Source of the DNA: the human T2T-CHM13v2.0 reference genome, Homo sapiens
NCBI RefSeq assembly: GCF_009914755.1
Contig: NC_060925.1
Length of the DNA stretch: 64,000 bases
Strand: one strand, 5' to 3'
The position numbers were made by a program, and so were the translations under genes. The notes below the pieces were generated by a model. It was not told the origin of the DNA. It searched no databases and was given only the letters and a program-made list of their open reading frames with translations. Numbering within the stretch: position 1 is the stretch's first letter; each line of letters begins with the position of its first letter. Shown here piece by piece: positions 1 to 63,172 of the stretch.

Positions 1-562
1 GTGAATGTAGAAATGGACTACTTGTCAATTTCACAAAAAGGAAGGGGATGCCATTTGCTGGGCTTCTGAACTTGAAGAACAAGAGCCAGAAAGGATCTCT
101 TTAAAGCTTTAAATGAGCACCCAACTAATGGGGAATATGGAGCAGGAAGATGGCACTCCCTTGGGTGCTTCTCACATTCTCCACACCACGGAATAGATGT
201 ACTCTGTGTGCCTCACCAGGCCTTGTTTGTGCTGGGCCACAGAGGACTGGAGAGGAGAAGGTTGAACCCTAAGAAAAGAAGCAAGATCCTTTTCTTTCTG
301 CTTTGGTGGTAGCAATAGGCAGATAATCTAAGCCTGTTCCAAAAAGAGCCTGGTTAGAAGAACTTTCACGTGACAAGGCTATCTGTGATTGGGATGAGCA
401 GGGGGGCTTTTGTTACAACTCCTGTTCCATGCTCCTGCACAGACAACTTGTGACTACCTTCCCCTTACCTGCTGTGCAGTCGCAGAAGGATGTCTAGACC
501 TGCCTGGCTCTGTGGGGTCCTCTCCCTCCCAACAGCTGGGGAGGGTGGATCAGGCAGCTCAC

Positions 563-26885
<26,323 letters not shown>

Positions 26886-27798
26886 GTTCCTCCTTCTTCC
26901 AGGTTTGAATCTCCCGCCGTTGGGCCACCGCCCCTCACCGTCGGCACCGCCAGACAGGACACTTCCCGTCCACACCGCTGAGAATCCTGGGATTTGTAGT
27001 TCCCGGCCGCGGAGCCGGGCCGCCCAGGTGCTGGGAGAAGAGGCGCCCCAGGCCGGGGCAGTACCGCTCCCCTTACAGCAGTTCCTCGTCTTGTTCCTTC
27101 CAGGCTCCTTTTCTGCTTAACAGTCTTATTCTAGCTGCTGCCCCTGCCATTGCCTCTGTCATCTCCACCTAGTATTCCCATTAACCCCTACTCTGCTTCC
27201 TATGTGTTCCCGAGTCCGGCTAACTTGTGGGCCTACTTGGCGCTATGCACTAAGCTAGGTGATGCGAATGCAGAGATGTATGAGGGCAGTGAATGCTCTA
27301 AAAGAGTTTGCTGTTCTGGCACAAGTGATAGACATATAGTCAAATAAATTAGAGGTCGGTGATGCACAGAGGGAGGGGGTCATTGCTGTGAATAAGAGCA
27401 GCGAATGACAGGGAAGACGTCCTGGTGGAAGTGACAGCTGATTTGGGTTGAGAAGTGAAAGAGAATTCATCAGATTGAAGAAGAGAGGCAGTGCAGTCAG
27501 TGGAGACAGCATGTGCAAGAACGAGGAGGTGAGTTCGGGAACTTAAACTTGGTTCAGTTTTAGAGGAGAACAAAGCTCAGCCAGGGAGAGGCCAGAAGGG
27601 ATCCTGGAGGCACAGGGCCAGGTCCAGTAGCACCTTGGGCACCATGCTAGGGCCCTGGCATGGGGTCTGGTGAGCAGTCACCAGCCAAGGAACACTTTAG
27701 ACATAGGTCAGAGCCAGATTTGTCCTTTAAAAAGAGCCATCTTATAGCAGGGGATTGGAAGGGGGTGAGGCTAGGGGCAGAGACCAGTTGGAAGGCTA

Positions 27799-28452
<654 letters not shown>

Positions 28453-29087
28453 TCACCAGCTGGGGGAGACAGAATCTAGATGTTGGTGGCTCCTGGCAAC
28501 TGGGGTCCCATTCTCTGCTTCCTGGAAAGGACCCTAGGTGTACAGGACCCTGAGAAAGAACAGTTATATAATTAGCCAGGCAGACAATAGACAGCTTTGC
28601 AGAAATTCCTGACCTAGACAGAAAGGAAGTATCCGAATGAATTACTCCCCTCTTCTGCTTGGACCCTGGGCTTGAAAGGGCCAGGCAGATGAGAAGAAAG
28701 AAGGTGTCAGTGGACACCTTTGTGAATAGACGGCTGAGGACCAGATGAGCCTCATCTTGGCCTCATATACCTCCCCCTACTTAGACTCCACCCTGGGGAA
28801 AAGGAGGGGGCAAATCCCCAGACTTGTTCACATTGTTTCCATCATCCCAGTGGAATCAGGGCTTGAAACAGAAGTTGAGTAGAGATTAATTTCTTCCACA
28901 CCAGAGTTATGGACCAACACACCTATAGTGTTTACTATAGGATGGGTACTATATTTAGCATGATCTTACAATAACTATCTTATTTAATCTTTACAATACA
29001 GATTAGAAACTGAGACTTAGAAAGGTCACACAGCTAATAACTGGTAGAGACTAGAGCTAAATGCAGATAGTCGCACTCCAAGCTTGA

Positions 29088-29706
<619 letters not shown>

Positions 29707-30464
29707 CCCAAGCTTGAGTTTTTAACCACTATATACTATACCACCTCCAAGGCATGAGACTGCAGTACAAAGGGTATACTAGAGGAGGATTTCAAAGGTA
29801 GAATCAACAGGCTGAGATTGAGAGCCAGAGAAGGAGTCAAGAATGGCTCCTCGGTTTCTGGTTTAGAGACTGGGTTGTTGGTCTACTATTAACACTGAGA
29901 ACGCTGGAAGGGTAGAGTTAGGGAAATGTGAGTTTCCCTTGGACAAGTTACATCTATAGGTACACATTTAGAAATTATGAGTCTGTCAGTGGTGTTAAAA
30001 CCACAGGAGTCAGTGAAATGTTCTTAGAAGAGTATATAAAGTAAGAAGAGAAAATAGCAAAGGGCAGCATGTTGGGGGACATTAGCATTTAAGAGGTAGA
30101 CAGAGGGTCCAGCAAAAGAGATGGAAATGGAATTTTCAGAGAAGGACAGAGAGAGCCAGGAGACAGAACGTTATGGAAGCCAAGTGAAAAGAGAGTGCAA
30201 GGATGTGGTGGGTACAGAAAGGAATCAAACAAGAAAATGATTCAGAAATGATCACTGGATAATTGGGAGGTCATTGGAGCCTTGGTGAGAACAGTTTCAG
30301 TCCCTGCCCTCTCCCTAAATCATCCTCCCTTCTTAAGGGAAGCCTGCTGAGTGAAGGACAAACTGAGCTGCATATTTGGCCCTGACCAGGCTGTGGTAGC
30401 ACCTTAAAAGCCCAGCTGTCTGCAGAAGCTGCAGACAGCTGGGTTAGCCTGCCTTGGGCATGGG

Positions 30465-32210
<1,746 letters not shown>

Positions 32211-32582
32211 GCACCATCTGTAGCACCCAGCACTATGCCTGCACATAGCAGGCATTTAGCAAAGGCTGCAGGCCAAACGCAGGTGAGCCCCGTCACTTCA
32301 TAATTTTTGTTTCTGGCAAAGGCCTCTTTACTTAAAAGAGGCCTTTCCCTAGGCAATGAGGACATTTTCTTTCTGATGCAGGCCACCCTTGGTGAGTTGG
32401 GGCATTATATTCCCTTCGTCCTGGGGCCTGCTGTCCTCTCATTAAGCAGAAACTGTAGGTCACAGATCAGTGGAGTTGGAAAAAGGAGTCTTGGGGGAGT
32501 CTCTTCTGATCTCCAGGCCTTTCCTGACTATCAATCTTTCACCCTGTTCCCAAATGTGAAACCACCACACAGAAGCACAGTA

Positions 32583-32586
<4 letters not shown>

Positions 32587-32654
<68 letters not shown>

Positions 32655-32663
32655 TGCGTGTGC

Positions 32664-32696
<33 letters not shown>
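32587..32696. repeat. Compound microsatellite (AG)17-(TG)15-(YG)9-(AG)14
   Basis: Read directly. Confidence 0.95.
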
Positions 32697-32701
<5 letters not shown>

Positions 32702-32753
32702 GTTCACTTCCAGGACAGCTCAAGCCCCATTAAAGCTTGCTATCACAGGTCAT

Positions 32754-33753
<1,000 letters not shown>

Positions 33754-34019
33754 ACATAGAGTCTAACCCCAGCTACGTGACTGCTCTGTGACCTTAGTTA
33801 AGTCACATCTGCTGTCTGAGGCTTGGTCCCTTCCTCTGTGAAATGAGGGGATGAAGTAGATGATTTCTGAGGGTGTAACTAGTAAGCGCCCCTCTGATGC
33901 CTTGATTCATTTCTTGAAGTGAGGGACTTGAGGGGGTGTGTCTGCAGCACTACCGAGGTTTAGCACTAAGATACGGCTTCAGAGCTGTCACTCAAATAAT
34001 TCCCTACGACTGGAGGGTG

Positions 34020-34126
34020 GTACCTGGTTGTCTAGTAACCTCTAGGGCTTTGAGCTAACAGCTTGGGAGGTAACCCAAGCCAGAGGGGCCATTCCAGAGA
34101 GCCAGCTGCGGAGAAGACCCAAGGAG
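34020..34126 (+). promoter_or_regulatory. TTC24: Putative TTC24 promoter and non-coding first exon, with RFX X-box GTTGTCTAGTAAC at 34027-34039
   Basis: Strong donor GAG|GTAAGG at 34126/34127; the ATG exon has an acceptor 4 nt before the ATG, which implies an upstream exon. Confidence 0.6.
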
Positions 34127-34772
34127 GTAAGGTGTCCTGCAGTGGGGATCCCCACACTGGATGGGGGTGGTCAGGAATGCCCTGGAGTGGAAGGCCTTGA
34201 AAAGGCAGGATTTCTGGGTGTTCTTAGAAGCAGGGGGAATTTCTTTTAAAAGAGACTGCTTTTCCTCTGCCTGCCCCTCCTAAAAAAGGGGAAAAAAAGG
34301 ATAAAATGGGAGGGGTCAAGAGCCCAGGGCCTGGGTCTTTTCCACTCTTTTTCCCATCTCCTGGGAGGAGAGTTCATAAAAAGCTTTTGCCCTTCAAGGG
34401 GAAAAATACAAACAGGATATACAAGCTGCTGAGATGCTTGTATTCAGGTTTAAGAGGGCTCTGGAGACCAGAGCAGGAGGCTGGGGGCCTAGAACCAGCC
34501 AGCAGACAGAAAGCGGAAGAAATGGAGAGAGAGCTTCCCCTTGAGCTAGGGAAGGGGCAGTAAATGCATGTTCTGTCCCACACCACACTCCTTTTCAGAA
34601 AATCCTTCTCTCCTGGAGGTTCGCTCCTTGCCAATTCAGGAGCCTCCTCACCCTAGGGTCCCCAGTGCCTAGTGTGGTTCCTAGCACATAGCAGGGGCTC
34701 ACTGAGTGCTTGTTGAACTGACCTGAACTACGTCTTGAGATTAGATAGCAGGAGTACCTAGATGATGAGTGA

Positions 34773-35143
<371 letters not shown>

Positions 35144-35654
35144 TATTTGTTCAATCCAAAAACACTCGTATGGTGGTAACATATACATAACATACAATTT
35201 ACCATTTTAACCATTTTAAAATGTGCAGTTCAGTGGCATTAAGTACACTCACATTATTGTGCAATTAACACCACTATCCATCTCCAGAACTTTTTCATCT
35301 CCTTTCATAAACATTTATTGAGAATCTACTGTGTGCCAGACCCTGCAAGTTGCTCCAAATCTAGTAGTGGGGGGAAGACAATAAAGTCATCAGCTCTGAC
35401 CCAGTGTGATAAATGCTATAAAAGACATAGGCATCAAGTGCTATGGGACCACAGGAGTACCCAGTTGGTTGAGAAGAAGGTGCGTTCTGAAGTAAGCTGT
35501 TACTTGACTTGAGTCTTGAAGGAGGACTAAGAATTAGTCAGGAAGTTAGAGTGAGAGTGGATATGGTGCCCAATGGGACAGAAGAAACAAAGTGAGAGAT
35601 CAGAGAGCAATCCTTGAAACCCTGAGGGTCATGCTAGGGCAGGGGTAGAGCTGA

Positions 35655-40918
<5,264 letters not shown>

Positions 40919-41460
40919 CCTCCCCCTGCCAGCCTCAGCCCTCATCCCTGAAGCACCTGTCCAACACGCACACACTAGGGGGTCCTGGGGACCAAGCCTC
41001 TTCCCAGTTGCTCAGCCCTGCAGGGATGTGGAACACAGTGCAGCCAGTGGACTCCTGAGGAGGCTGGCCAAGGGCTTTGCAGGCTCGGCCCTGAGAGGTT
41101 CTGTTTGTTCCTCCTTGGGATTTTTGGACTCAGTAGGTAAAAGAAAAAAGGAAAATGGATGGCAAATTCCCTGTCTTTCTGGATCCAAATCTTACGATTG
41201 CTAGGGGCCTGGCAGTTCTAAAAACTGACTTCGTGGTCAAGTAGCTTTGGAGTCACTGACTGTCTCCAGACGTCCATTTTTGCACATGAGAAATGAGGAT
41301 ATAATACTACAGAAGAGGCATCTTACCCAACCAATGCACCTTACTTCTCTGTGAAACACAGGGGATGCTGGGCGCAGGCCTAGGCTGTGGCCTGTAGCCT
41401 GTAGGACAGCTCCTGCCAGCAGCCACAGGAACAGTGATGTGATGTAACATTTCCCAAGTA

Positions 41461-41613
41461 CTTAGCTCATGCCCCACCCTATTCTAGGTGCTTAGCTCAG
41501 GCCCCACCCTATTCTAGGTGCTTAGCTCATGCCCCACCCTATTCTAGGTGCTTAGCTCATGCCCCACCCTATTCTAGGTGCTTAGCTCATGCCCCACCCT
41601 ATTCTAGGTGCTT
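41461..41613. repeat. 30-bp minisatellite x5 (CTTAGCTCATGCCCCACCCTATTCTAGGTG)
   Basis: Five copies with one substitution in copy 2. Confidence 0.97.
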
Positions 41614-41921
41614 CACAAGTGTATTCTCCTCTAATCCTCACAACAAATATATGAGGTGCTATTATCCCCTTTCGCAAATGAGGAAAATAAGGCACAAAGC
41701 TTCAGTAATCTGAATTCCCAGGTCACATAACTAGTATGTAGAGAAGCTGGGAATCAAACCCAGGCAGTGAGCACTTTCTAGAATGCTGTGCAGTTCCACT
41801 TCCCCAGCTAAGCCCTTGCTTACCCAGAGTCCATTGTGATTTAATATCAAGTGTGTCTATGCCCGTTGTATGTGTTATTGTAATTCATAATGTAATTAAA
41901 TACTATACACATTGATGAACA

Positions 41922-43150
<1,229 letters not shown>

Positions 43151-43459
43151 AAAAGCTGCTATGCAATTAGATGTGAGCAACAAGATTATTACAAATTGGG
43201 GGAATAATAATAAAAATATAAATTCTGCACTCAAGATTGCTTCAAACATGCCATTAACTGTTTCACTTTAAGGAAGCAAACTGGAAATTGCGGGTGATAC
43301 ATAACTGGTGAGGTTTATGTAAGAAAGAAGATGAGGAATCTAATCACAGGCTCCATCCTCAAAGAAAAGACCCTGGCCACACTTTGACAGATGGAAAATT
43401 AATGTATTTTTTAAAGTTGAAATAAAATAATCCACTCCTGATCATGTCAGATAAGAGAA

Positions 43460-44990
<1,531 letters not shown>

Positions 44991-45002
44991 CCTTCCCTTT
45001 AC

Positions 45003-45316
45003 CTGTGTCTTAGCTTGGGCTATCATAATAAAATATCATAGATTGGATGCTCAAGCAACAAATTAATTTCCTGACGGTTATGGGGACTGGAAGTCAGATT
45101 AGGGTTCCAGTATGGTGACAGAGAGGAGGGGCAGCGAGAGGAAGAAAGTCTTATAAGGGCACTAATTCTACCAGATCAGGGACTACCCCTTATATCCTAA
45201 CTAATGCTAATCCCAACCACCCTGTCTCCGAATACCATTACACTGGGGGTTAGGGCTTCAACATATGAATTTGTGAGGGAGGAAGGGAAGGGAACACCAA
45301 CATTGAATCCATAGCA
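45003..45316. mobile_element. MaLR (MLT1-type) LTR
   Basis: tgtgtcttagcttgggct...gggttagggcttcaacatatgaattt...ccatagca pattern. Confidence 0.65.
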
Positions 45317-45958
45317 GTCTGGATAATTATCTTTATCTTAGTGCCTTGATGGTAACTGGTTTGTTACTCTCCAACCTTTTCCCCTAACCACGCAAGAGAG
45401 TGTGTTTGCATTCTCAAAACCACTAGCCTAAACTCTACTCCTCCTCTCAAGACTTCTAGTGAAACATCATCGTGACCTGGAGCCTATGGTTTCAATTACG
45501 TTTTAAACCATAGCTTACCCAAACTATTTAAGGATAATTTTATATTTCCATAGCTATTATCTCAGTAAAGGGGTTAAGCATGACTCGGGAAGTACAGCAT
45601 GATACCCTGGTAAAACAGAGGTAGGGGAAGCTAATGTAGTGTAGAGGGGGCCTAAGTTACATAGGCTTGGTGGTGTAAATAAGAACAGTAGCTTAATTTC
45701 TATACCACGCCCTCTGCGACGGTTTGCAGGCATTAGCACCTATGGAAGTATGTACTCGTTTCCCTGTTGTATAGGCGAAAAACTGACACCAGCAGTTCCC
45801 ACATTCACTCAGCCACTAAGCAGTGGGGCAGGAATCAAGGCTAACTGCTATGCCATCCATACACCTTTCTGAAAGAGTTACAAAATCAGCACTTATTATC
45901 AAAGGGCCGTTGGGAGCAAGGCATTTCGGCGTATCTGGAAATGTGTGGCGATCTGTAA

Positions 45959-48460
<2,502 letters not shown>

Positions 48461-48485
48461 GGGAAGGTGGGTGGGTATTCTCCCC

Positions 48486-48549
48486 AATAAAGACTTAGAG
48501 CCCCTCTCTTCCAGAACTGTGGATTCCTGGGAGCTCCTCTGGCAATAAA
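48486..48549 (+). terminator. NAXE candidate polyadenylation signals: AATAAA at 48486-48491 and 48544-48549
   Basis: Canonical hexamers just after the stop codon. Confidence 0.7.
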
Positions 48550-48893
48550 AGTCAGTGAATGGTGGAAGTCAGAGAGCAACCCTGGGGATTGGGTGCCATC
48601 TCTCTAGGGGTAACACAAAGGGCAAGAGGTTGCTATGGTATTTGGAAACAATGAAAATGGACTGTTAGATGCCAAGTGAGTTGTGCTGTCCTTTACACAA
48701 TTCTTATTCATTTGGGACACAGACAGGGAGCTACTTCTACTTATCAGTGTAGCAAGACTACAAAGAGGTTAACCGAAGGAATTTCTTCAAAGGCCTCCAA
48801 GGAATATCTTCTAATTTGTATTCAGGACCTTCCCAGGCTGGGAACAGAGATGCCAGTCAGGATTTATCTCTAGGCTAGGAGCGCAAGCTCATG

Positions 48894-48899
48894 TTTATT
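48894..48899 (-). terminator. GPATCH4 candidate polyadenylation signal
   Basis: AATAAA on the - strand about 465 nt after the stop codon. Confidence 0.55.
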
Positions 48900-49362
48900 C
48901 ATTCATTTGGTAGCGCTAGAAACTGGCAACTGTGGGCTAAATCTAGCCCATAGACCTAAATTTATGTTTTTCTTAACCTTCACAATATTTAGAAATCAGA
49001 GCACTTCACATAGGTCTACATTTTCAGCTTCTTTTAGCAGGAATGCTCCTTCAAAGGGTATCTGCATTCCTGTTCCCACAGCCCCCAGCATTCCTTGTCC
49101 TTTAGCTGCCTGGCTTCTCTAGGCACCTGAGTTCATGGTCCTGGGTTAGAAGCTGCAGAAAGGACTGTGCTGACTCCCTCAACTAAGGGGTGGTACTACC
49201 GCTTGCTCCTCTCAGCAGCTGACATCCCAGAGATCAGTTTCCTTTCTGGGAGGGACTCCTCATTGAGGGGGGTGCAGAAGACCTGCAGACCTGCATCAAC
49301 CCTGGTCTTTGAGGCTTCAACTCCTGAAAATCAATCAATTGAGCCCTACCTTTACCAGACCT

Positions 49363-53454
<4,092 letters not shown>

Positions 53455-53558
53455 TCACCAGAGAAGAAGAGGTGATATCATCCTTTTAAGAAGAAAGTAG
53501 AAAGTGCCCAAACAGCCATCAGTTCCATCCTGACTGCTTGTTAAGAATTCTCTGCTAG

Positions 53559-55251
<1,693 letters not shown>

Positions 55252-55729
55252 AAAAACTGATGTTCTTCATCACTACACTCTTCAGTCTCTTACAGCTCTT
55301 TGTGCTTTCTCCTGTAAGACCACACACAGCCTAACCCTTGTCGCAATAATTGAAAACTACATGCCCTGGAAGTTAAGAGACCGGCTTTATTCCGCCACTC
55401 CAGAGCACGTAACGCGGCGCCAGAACTCAAGAATACATTCAGTCGTTATTTGTTGAACTGAATGGCATAGTTAGGAATGGCTTTACCGGATTTTCAGTGG
55501 ATAACTGGGTAGAAGCTGTGCGCCCCAGTCTTTCTGAAACCTGTGATCACACTTCGGGCACTGTCCCCTCTACAGTCAATCTGTGTTTTCAGAAGTGGCC
55601 CCAGGTTCACTCGTCTTACAGCAGTCCTAAAGAGCCGGCTGCCCTTTCCCTAGGCTTCCTTGCTCTTGAGGGCTAAATTCCAGCCCTCCTACCCCAGTGC
55701 CACTTGGGTAAAAATACTCTGCTCCTCTC

Positions 55730-56150
55730 ACGTTTGCTAATAAGCCCGGGCTCCGACTACCACCGTTCGGGGGAAGGGAGCCCCTTACCGTCATTGCTGG
55801 GTCCGCTCCGCGGAAACATGTGCCGGACCTGACTTGTGCGCCGCCATCTTCCCGGAAATGCCGTTTTGTTCCTTCTAGGCTGTCGAAACCATAGAGACGT
55901 CCGCGGGAACCAAAATCACGGTTTTTCCAGGAGAAACCATTGCGGAGCCCAATTTGCCGGTATGGTTGCCATAGAAACTGGGACCTGGAGCGTGCCCATT
56001 TTCGGAGGTTCCGAGGCTGTTCCACTTGCCTCATCCCTGCAATCCTTGAGCAGCCAAGGGACTTCAGTACTAACTGGCCCTCTCAGGATGCCAAGAACGG
56101 CTCCGCGTCCTACACTGAGCTAGTCCCGGGCGCAAATACGAGGAAGGAAA
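55730..56150 (-). promoter_or_regulatory. GPATCH4: GPATCH4 CpG-island promoter and first exon: donor at 55789/55788, YY1 AAGATGGCG (55842-55850), ETS CCGGAA, RFX X-box GTTGCCATAGAAAC (55965-55978)
   Basis: CpG-rich; ACG|GTAAGG donor on the - strand; motifs read directly. Confidence 0.8.
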
Positions 56151-56315
56151 ACTCCAGGGAAGCATTGAGAGTAGCCTGAGAAATTCGTGGAGGCAGAGTA
56201 GGTGATAGCTGTGTCCTGATTTTTCAGGGTTGAATACTCATGAATACTCAGCCTTCACAGGAACAGTTATTTATGAAAGCCTAGAGACTAGACATCTCAA
56301 TAGGTTCATCAAGCA

Positions 56316-57726
56316 CTTTTTTTTTTTTTCTGAGACAGGGTCTCGCTCTGTTGCCCAGACTTGAGGGCAGTGGCGCGATATCGACTCACTCACTGTAACC
56401 TCCGCCTCCTGGGCTCAAGTGATCCTCCCATCTCAGCCTCGTGAGTATCTGGTACCACAGTCATGCACCGCCACGCCTGGCTAATTTCTGTATTTTTTTT
56501 GTAGAGAAGGGGTCTTGCCATGTTGTACAGGCTGGTCTCCAATCCCTGGCCTTAAGTGATATGCACACCTCGGCTTCCCAAAGTGTTGGGATTACAGGCG
56601 TAAGCCACCGTGACCGGCCTCATCAAACACTTTTTGACTCACCATTGTGTGCCAGAACTTGTCCCTTTGGTACTGGGGGATAAAAAGACGCATAAGACAC
56701 AGGTCTTGATTTAGGGGAACACCCAGTCTAGCCTGGGAAACTTGGGGCCTTGAGTGGGATTAGATGGAGGACATGCCAGTGGGACTTGGAGAAAGATACA
56801 GGATGGGTGAGACGCGGTGGCTCATGCCTGTAATCCCAGCACTTTGGGAGGCCAAGACAGGCAGATAGCTTGAGCCCAGAAGTTCAAGACCAGCCTGGGC
56901 AAAATGGCGAGACACCGACTAAAAATACCAAAAAAAAAAAAAAAAAAAAAAAAAAAGCCGGGCATGGTGGTGCACGCCTGTGGGTCCCAGCTACTGAGGT
57001 GGGAGGATCCCTTCAGCCCGCTGTGGGAGTGAGGGGAGGGCGGAGGTTGCAGTGAGCCAGAAAAAAAAAAAGCAGGATCCCAGAATGCATGCCAGGCTGA
57101 GGAGTTTGGACTTGCCCTGTCGGTATGAGGATGTATTGAGCAAAGGAGGGAAAGAAGATACAGCAAAAGGGACTGCACATGCCCCTACCCCTGCAAGCTG
57201 TTCCTTGGCCTCACTGAGCCACCCAAGAACTAAAACCCGAGAAAAGTATCCTTTTCTGCCTCCCCATATCGGTATTTCCGTTGACTTAGCGCCCCCTAGA
57301 AACTTCCAAACAGAAAAATCGCCATTTCACAGGAGAGCCTTGTCATAATTGCCCTGTATGTCATACCCATTCATCCCCATAATTTTTTCCATAAAATTAA
57401 TTTTACTTTCAAAACATGCTACATGGGGACAATACTTTAAACGATCGATCTTAATTACTGGAATTTTAGACACTTGCAGAAGGGATGTGGGATGCTTCAA
57501 AGGCATTCCTTAGAGATGGATTCAACAGAGAAACATTTTGTGGAGAGACATCTGACTCCTTTTCCCATTCTGCCACTCATTGTGTGACCTTGAACAATTT
57601 TTTTTTTTTTTGAGATGGGGTTTCCCTGTGTTTCCCAGGCTGGCCTTGGACTCCTGGGCTCAAATGATCCTCCTGCCTCAGCCTCCCAAGTAGCTGGGAG
57701 TACGGGTGCATGCCACTGTGCCGGGG
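56316..57726. mobile_element. Alus: -56316-56618, +56805-57071, -57598-57726 (monomer)
   Basis: Alu consensus. Confidence 0.85.
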
Positions 57727-58479
57727 CAAACTTGAGTTTCGCTGCAGTGTCCTGCAGCCACTGAGAAAATTCCACAGACAGGGCTTCAATTTCCACCCAC
57801 CCCCACCTCTCCATCTCTTCTACCCCTTCTATCTAAAATATATGTGTGTGTGTATTATATACAAAATTGTATGTTATATAGAATATTTCATATATGTGTG
57901 TATGTATGTACATATACATATACAGGTATATATATGAAATATATAAGAAGTTTTAAAATTCCGAATGAGGTAACCCTCAAGGACCCTTTCCAACTTAGAG
58001 TTTTAGTGTGATGCACTTTGCCAGCCACTCCCAAAACTTAATGGCCATAAATCTTTGAATCAAGATTCCTAGTCTGGCCTAAGTCTTTGAGCTCACTGTT
58101 GTGCCTGATTCACTCATTCAATAAATATTTATTAAAGGTCTCCTATATACTAAGGGCTAGAGGTATAAAAAGGTCCATCTCTTGTCCTGTTAGGCCTCAC
58201 GATCTTGTGGGGGTTTAAACTAGTTACCAGGCATTTATATCATTGAGTAATAAGAGTTATGGCAAGGTCAGGACACAGTGCTATGGGGATAAGATGAGAA
58301 GCATCTGACCCAGTCTGAGACCCCTGGGAGCTTCTTGAAGAAGTCACTGAGGCTGCAGCCTGTCCCTGGGGGCTATGAGGGATCACAAGAGAAATGGGTC
58401 TCAAGGAGTTCGCAGTTTAATGGGGTCTCATACCTCCTCACAAGGGTAGAAACAAAGGCCATTATGAGAGAAAAAGAAT

Positions 58480-60830
<2,351 letters not shown>

Positions 60831-60832
60831 GG

Positions 60833-61537
<705 letters not shown>

Positions 61538-61616
61538 AGATATTTTCCCTTCATTTAAAATTGTCTACAATTAATGTATTATTTTTTCAGGAAAGTGATT
61601 TTAAAATAACAAATGG

Positions 61617-62060
<444 letters not shown>

Positions 62061-62887
62061 TTATTTTTCTATACTGGGTTTAAATCTACACATAGTGTTA
62101 TAAAAGTCAGGCCAAGCCAGCATCTCCCCATGATTCATAAACTAGTACACAATTTATCTTCCTCCACTTCTTCCCAGTTATTTTTTCTGTCAGTAAACCC
62201 TGAGACTGAGGAAAGAGAAAATATGTTGTGGTTGCAATGAGTGTGGGATTTTTAAAAAAAATCTATATAGCAAATACTGGCAATGCTTACCTATTCGAAT
62301 ATTATTCACTTTTCTTTCTGTTGAGGAAAAAAAAAAGGTGAGCCTGTGTCTCACAGGATTCAATCCTTAGCCTAGGCAGGTTCTAATTTTCTGACTTCAT
62401 TAACCCTTTGAGTTCATGATAATAAAGATATTATGATCCCTTGCCAACAGTACTTTACTATTTAAAATAATTTTCACACGGTGGTTTACAGTTTAGAATA
62501 TCATGTTCACAAACATTACCATATTTGAGTCTCACTGTAATATTGCCCAGATTTGTGCTTACCTACAAATAGGGGCCGACAGAGCACAGAGAGAGATGGA
62601 ATGAGACGTGCTCTCAGCACTATCACTGCTGCTCTCTGATGCCATCTAGTGCAGGTTCAGCTGAACACTTATTTCTATTTAAAGCCCTATTGCCATCTGC
62701 CCCTTGGTGTCATCATTCTCTCCGATCTGGATGAAGCCCTGTCTCTGACCTGCATCCCTGTCCCTCTGGGTCTTGTCTCTGCCTTTCCCTGGCCTCATTG
62801 TCTCCTTTAAAACCTTCAGTGTGTGTAAATGCTGGTCATGGTGTAGGTGAAGGATGCCAAGAAGGGAGGCAGGGTATAGCAGGGCCC

Positions 62888-63172
<285 letters not shown>

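Noticed and set aside
41461-41613. 30-bp repeats as a CRISPR array
   Set aside because: The units are contiguous with no spacers, there are no cas genes, and the DNA is human
45705-45722. CTCF-like motif upstream of NAXE (and another near 33886)
   Set aside because: Too many mismatches in the core
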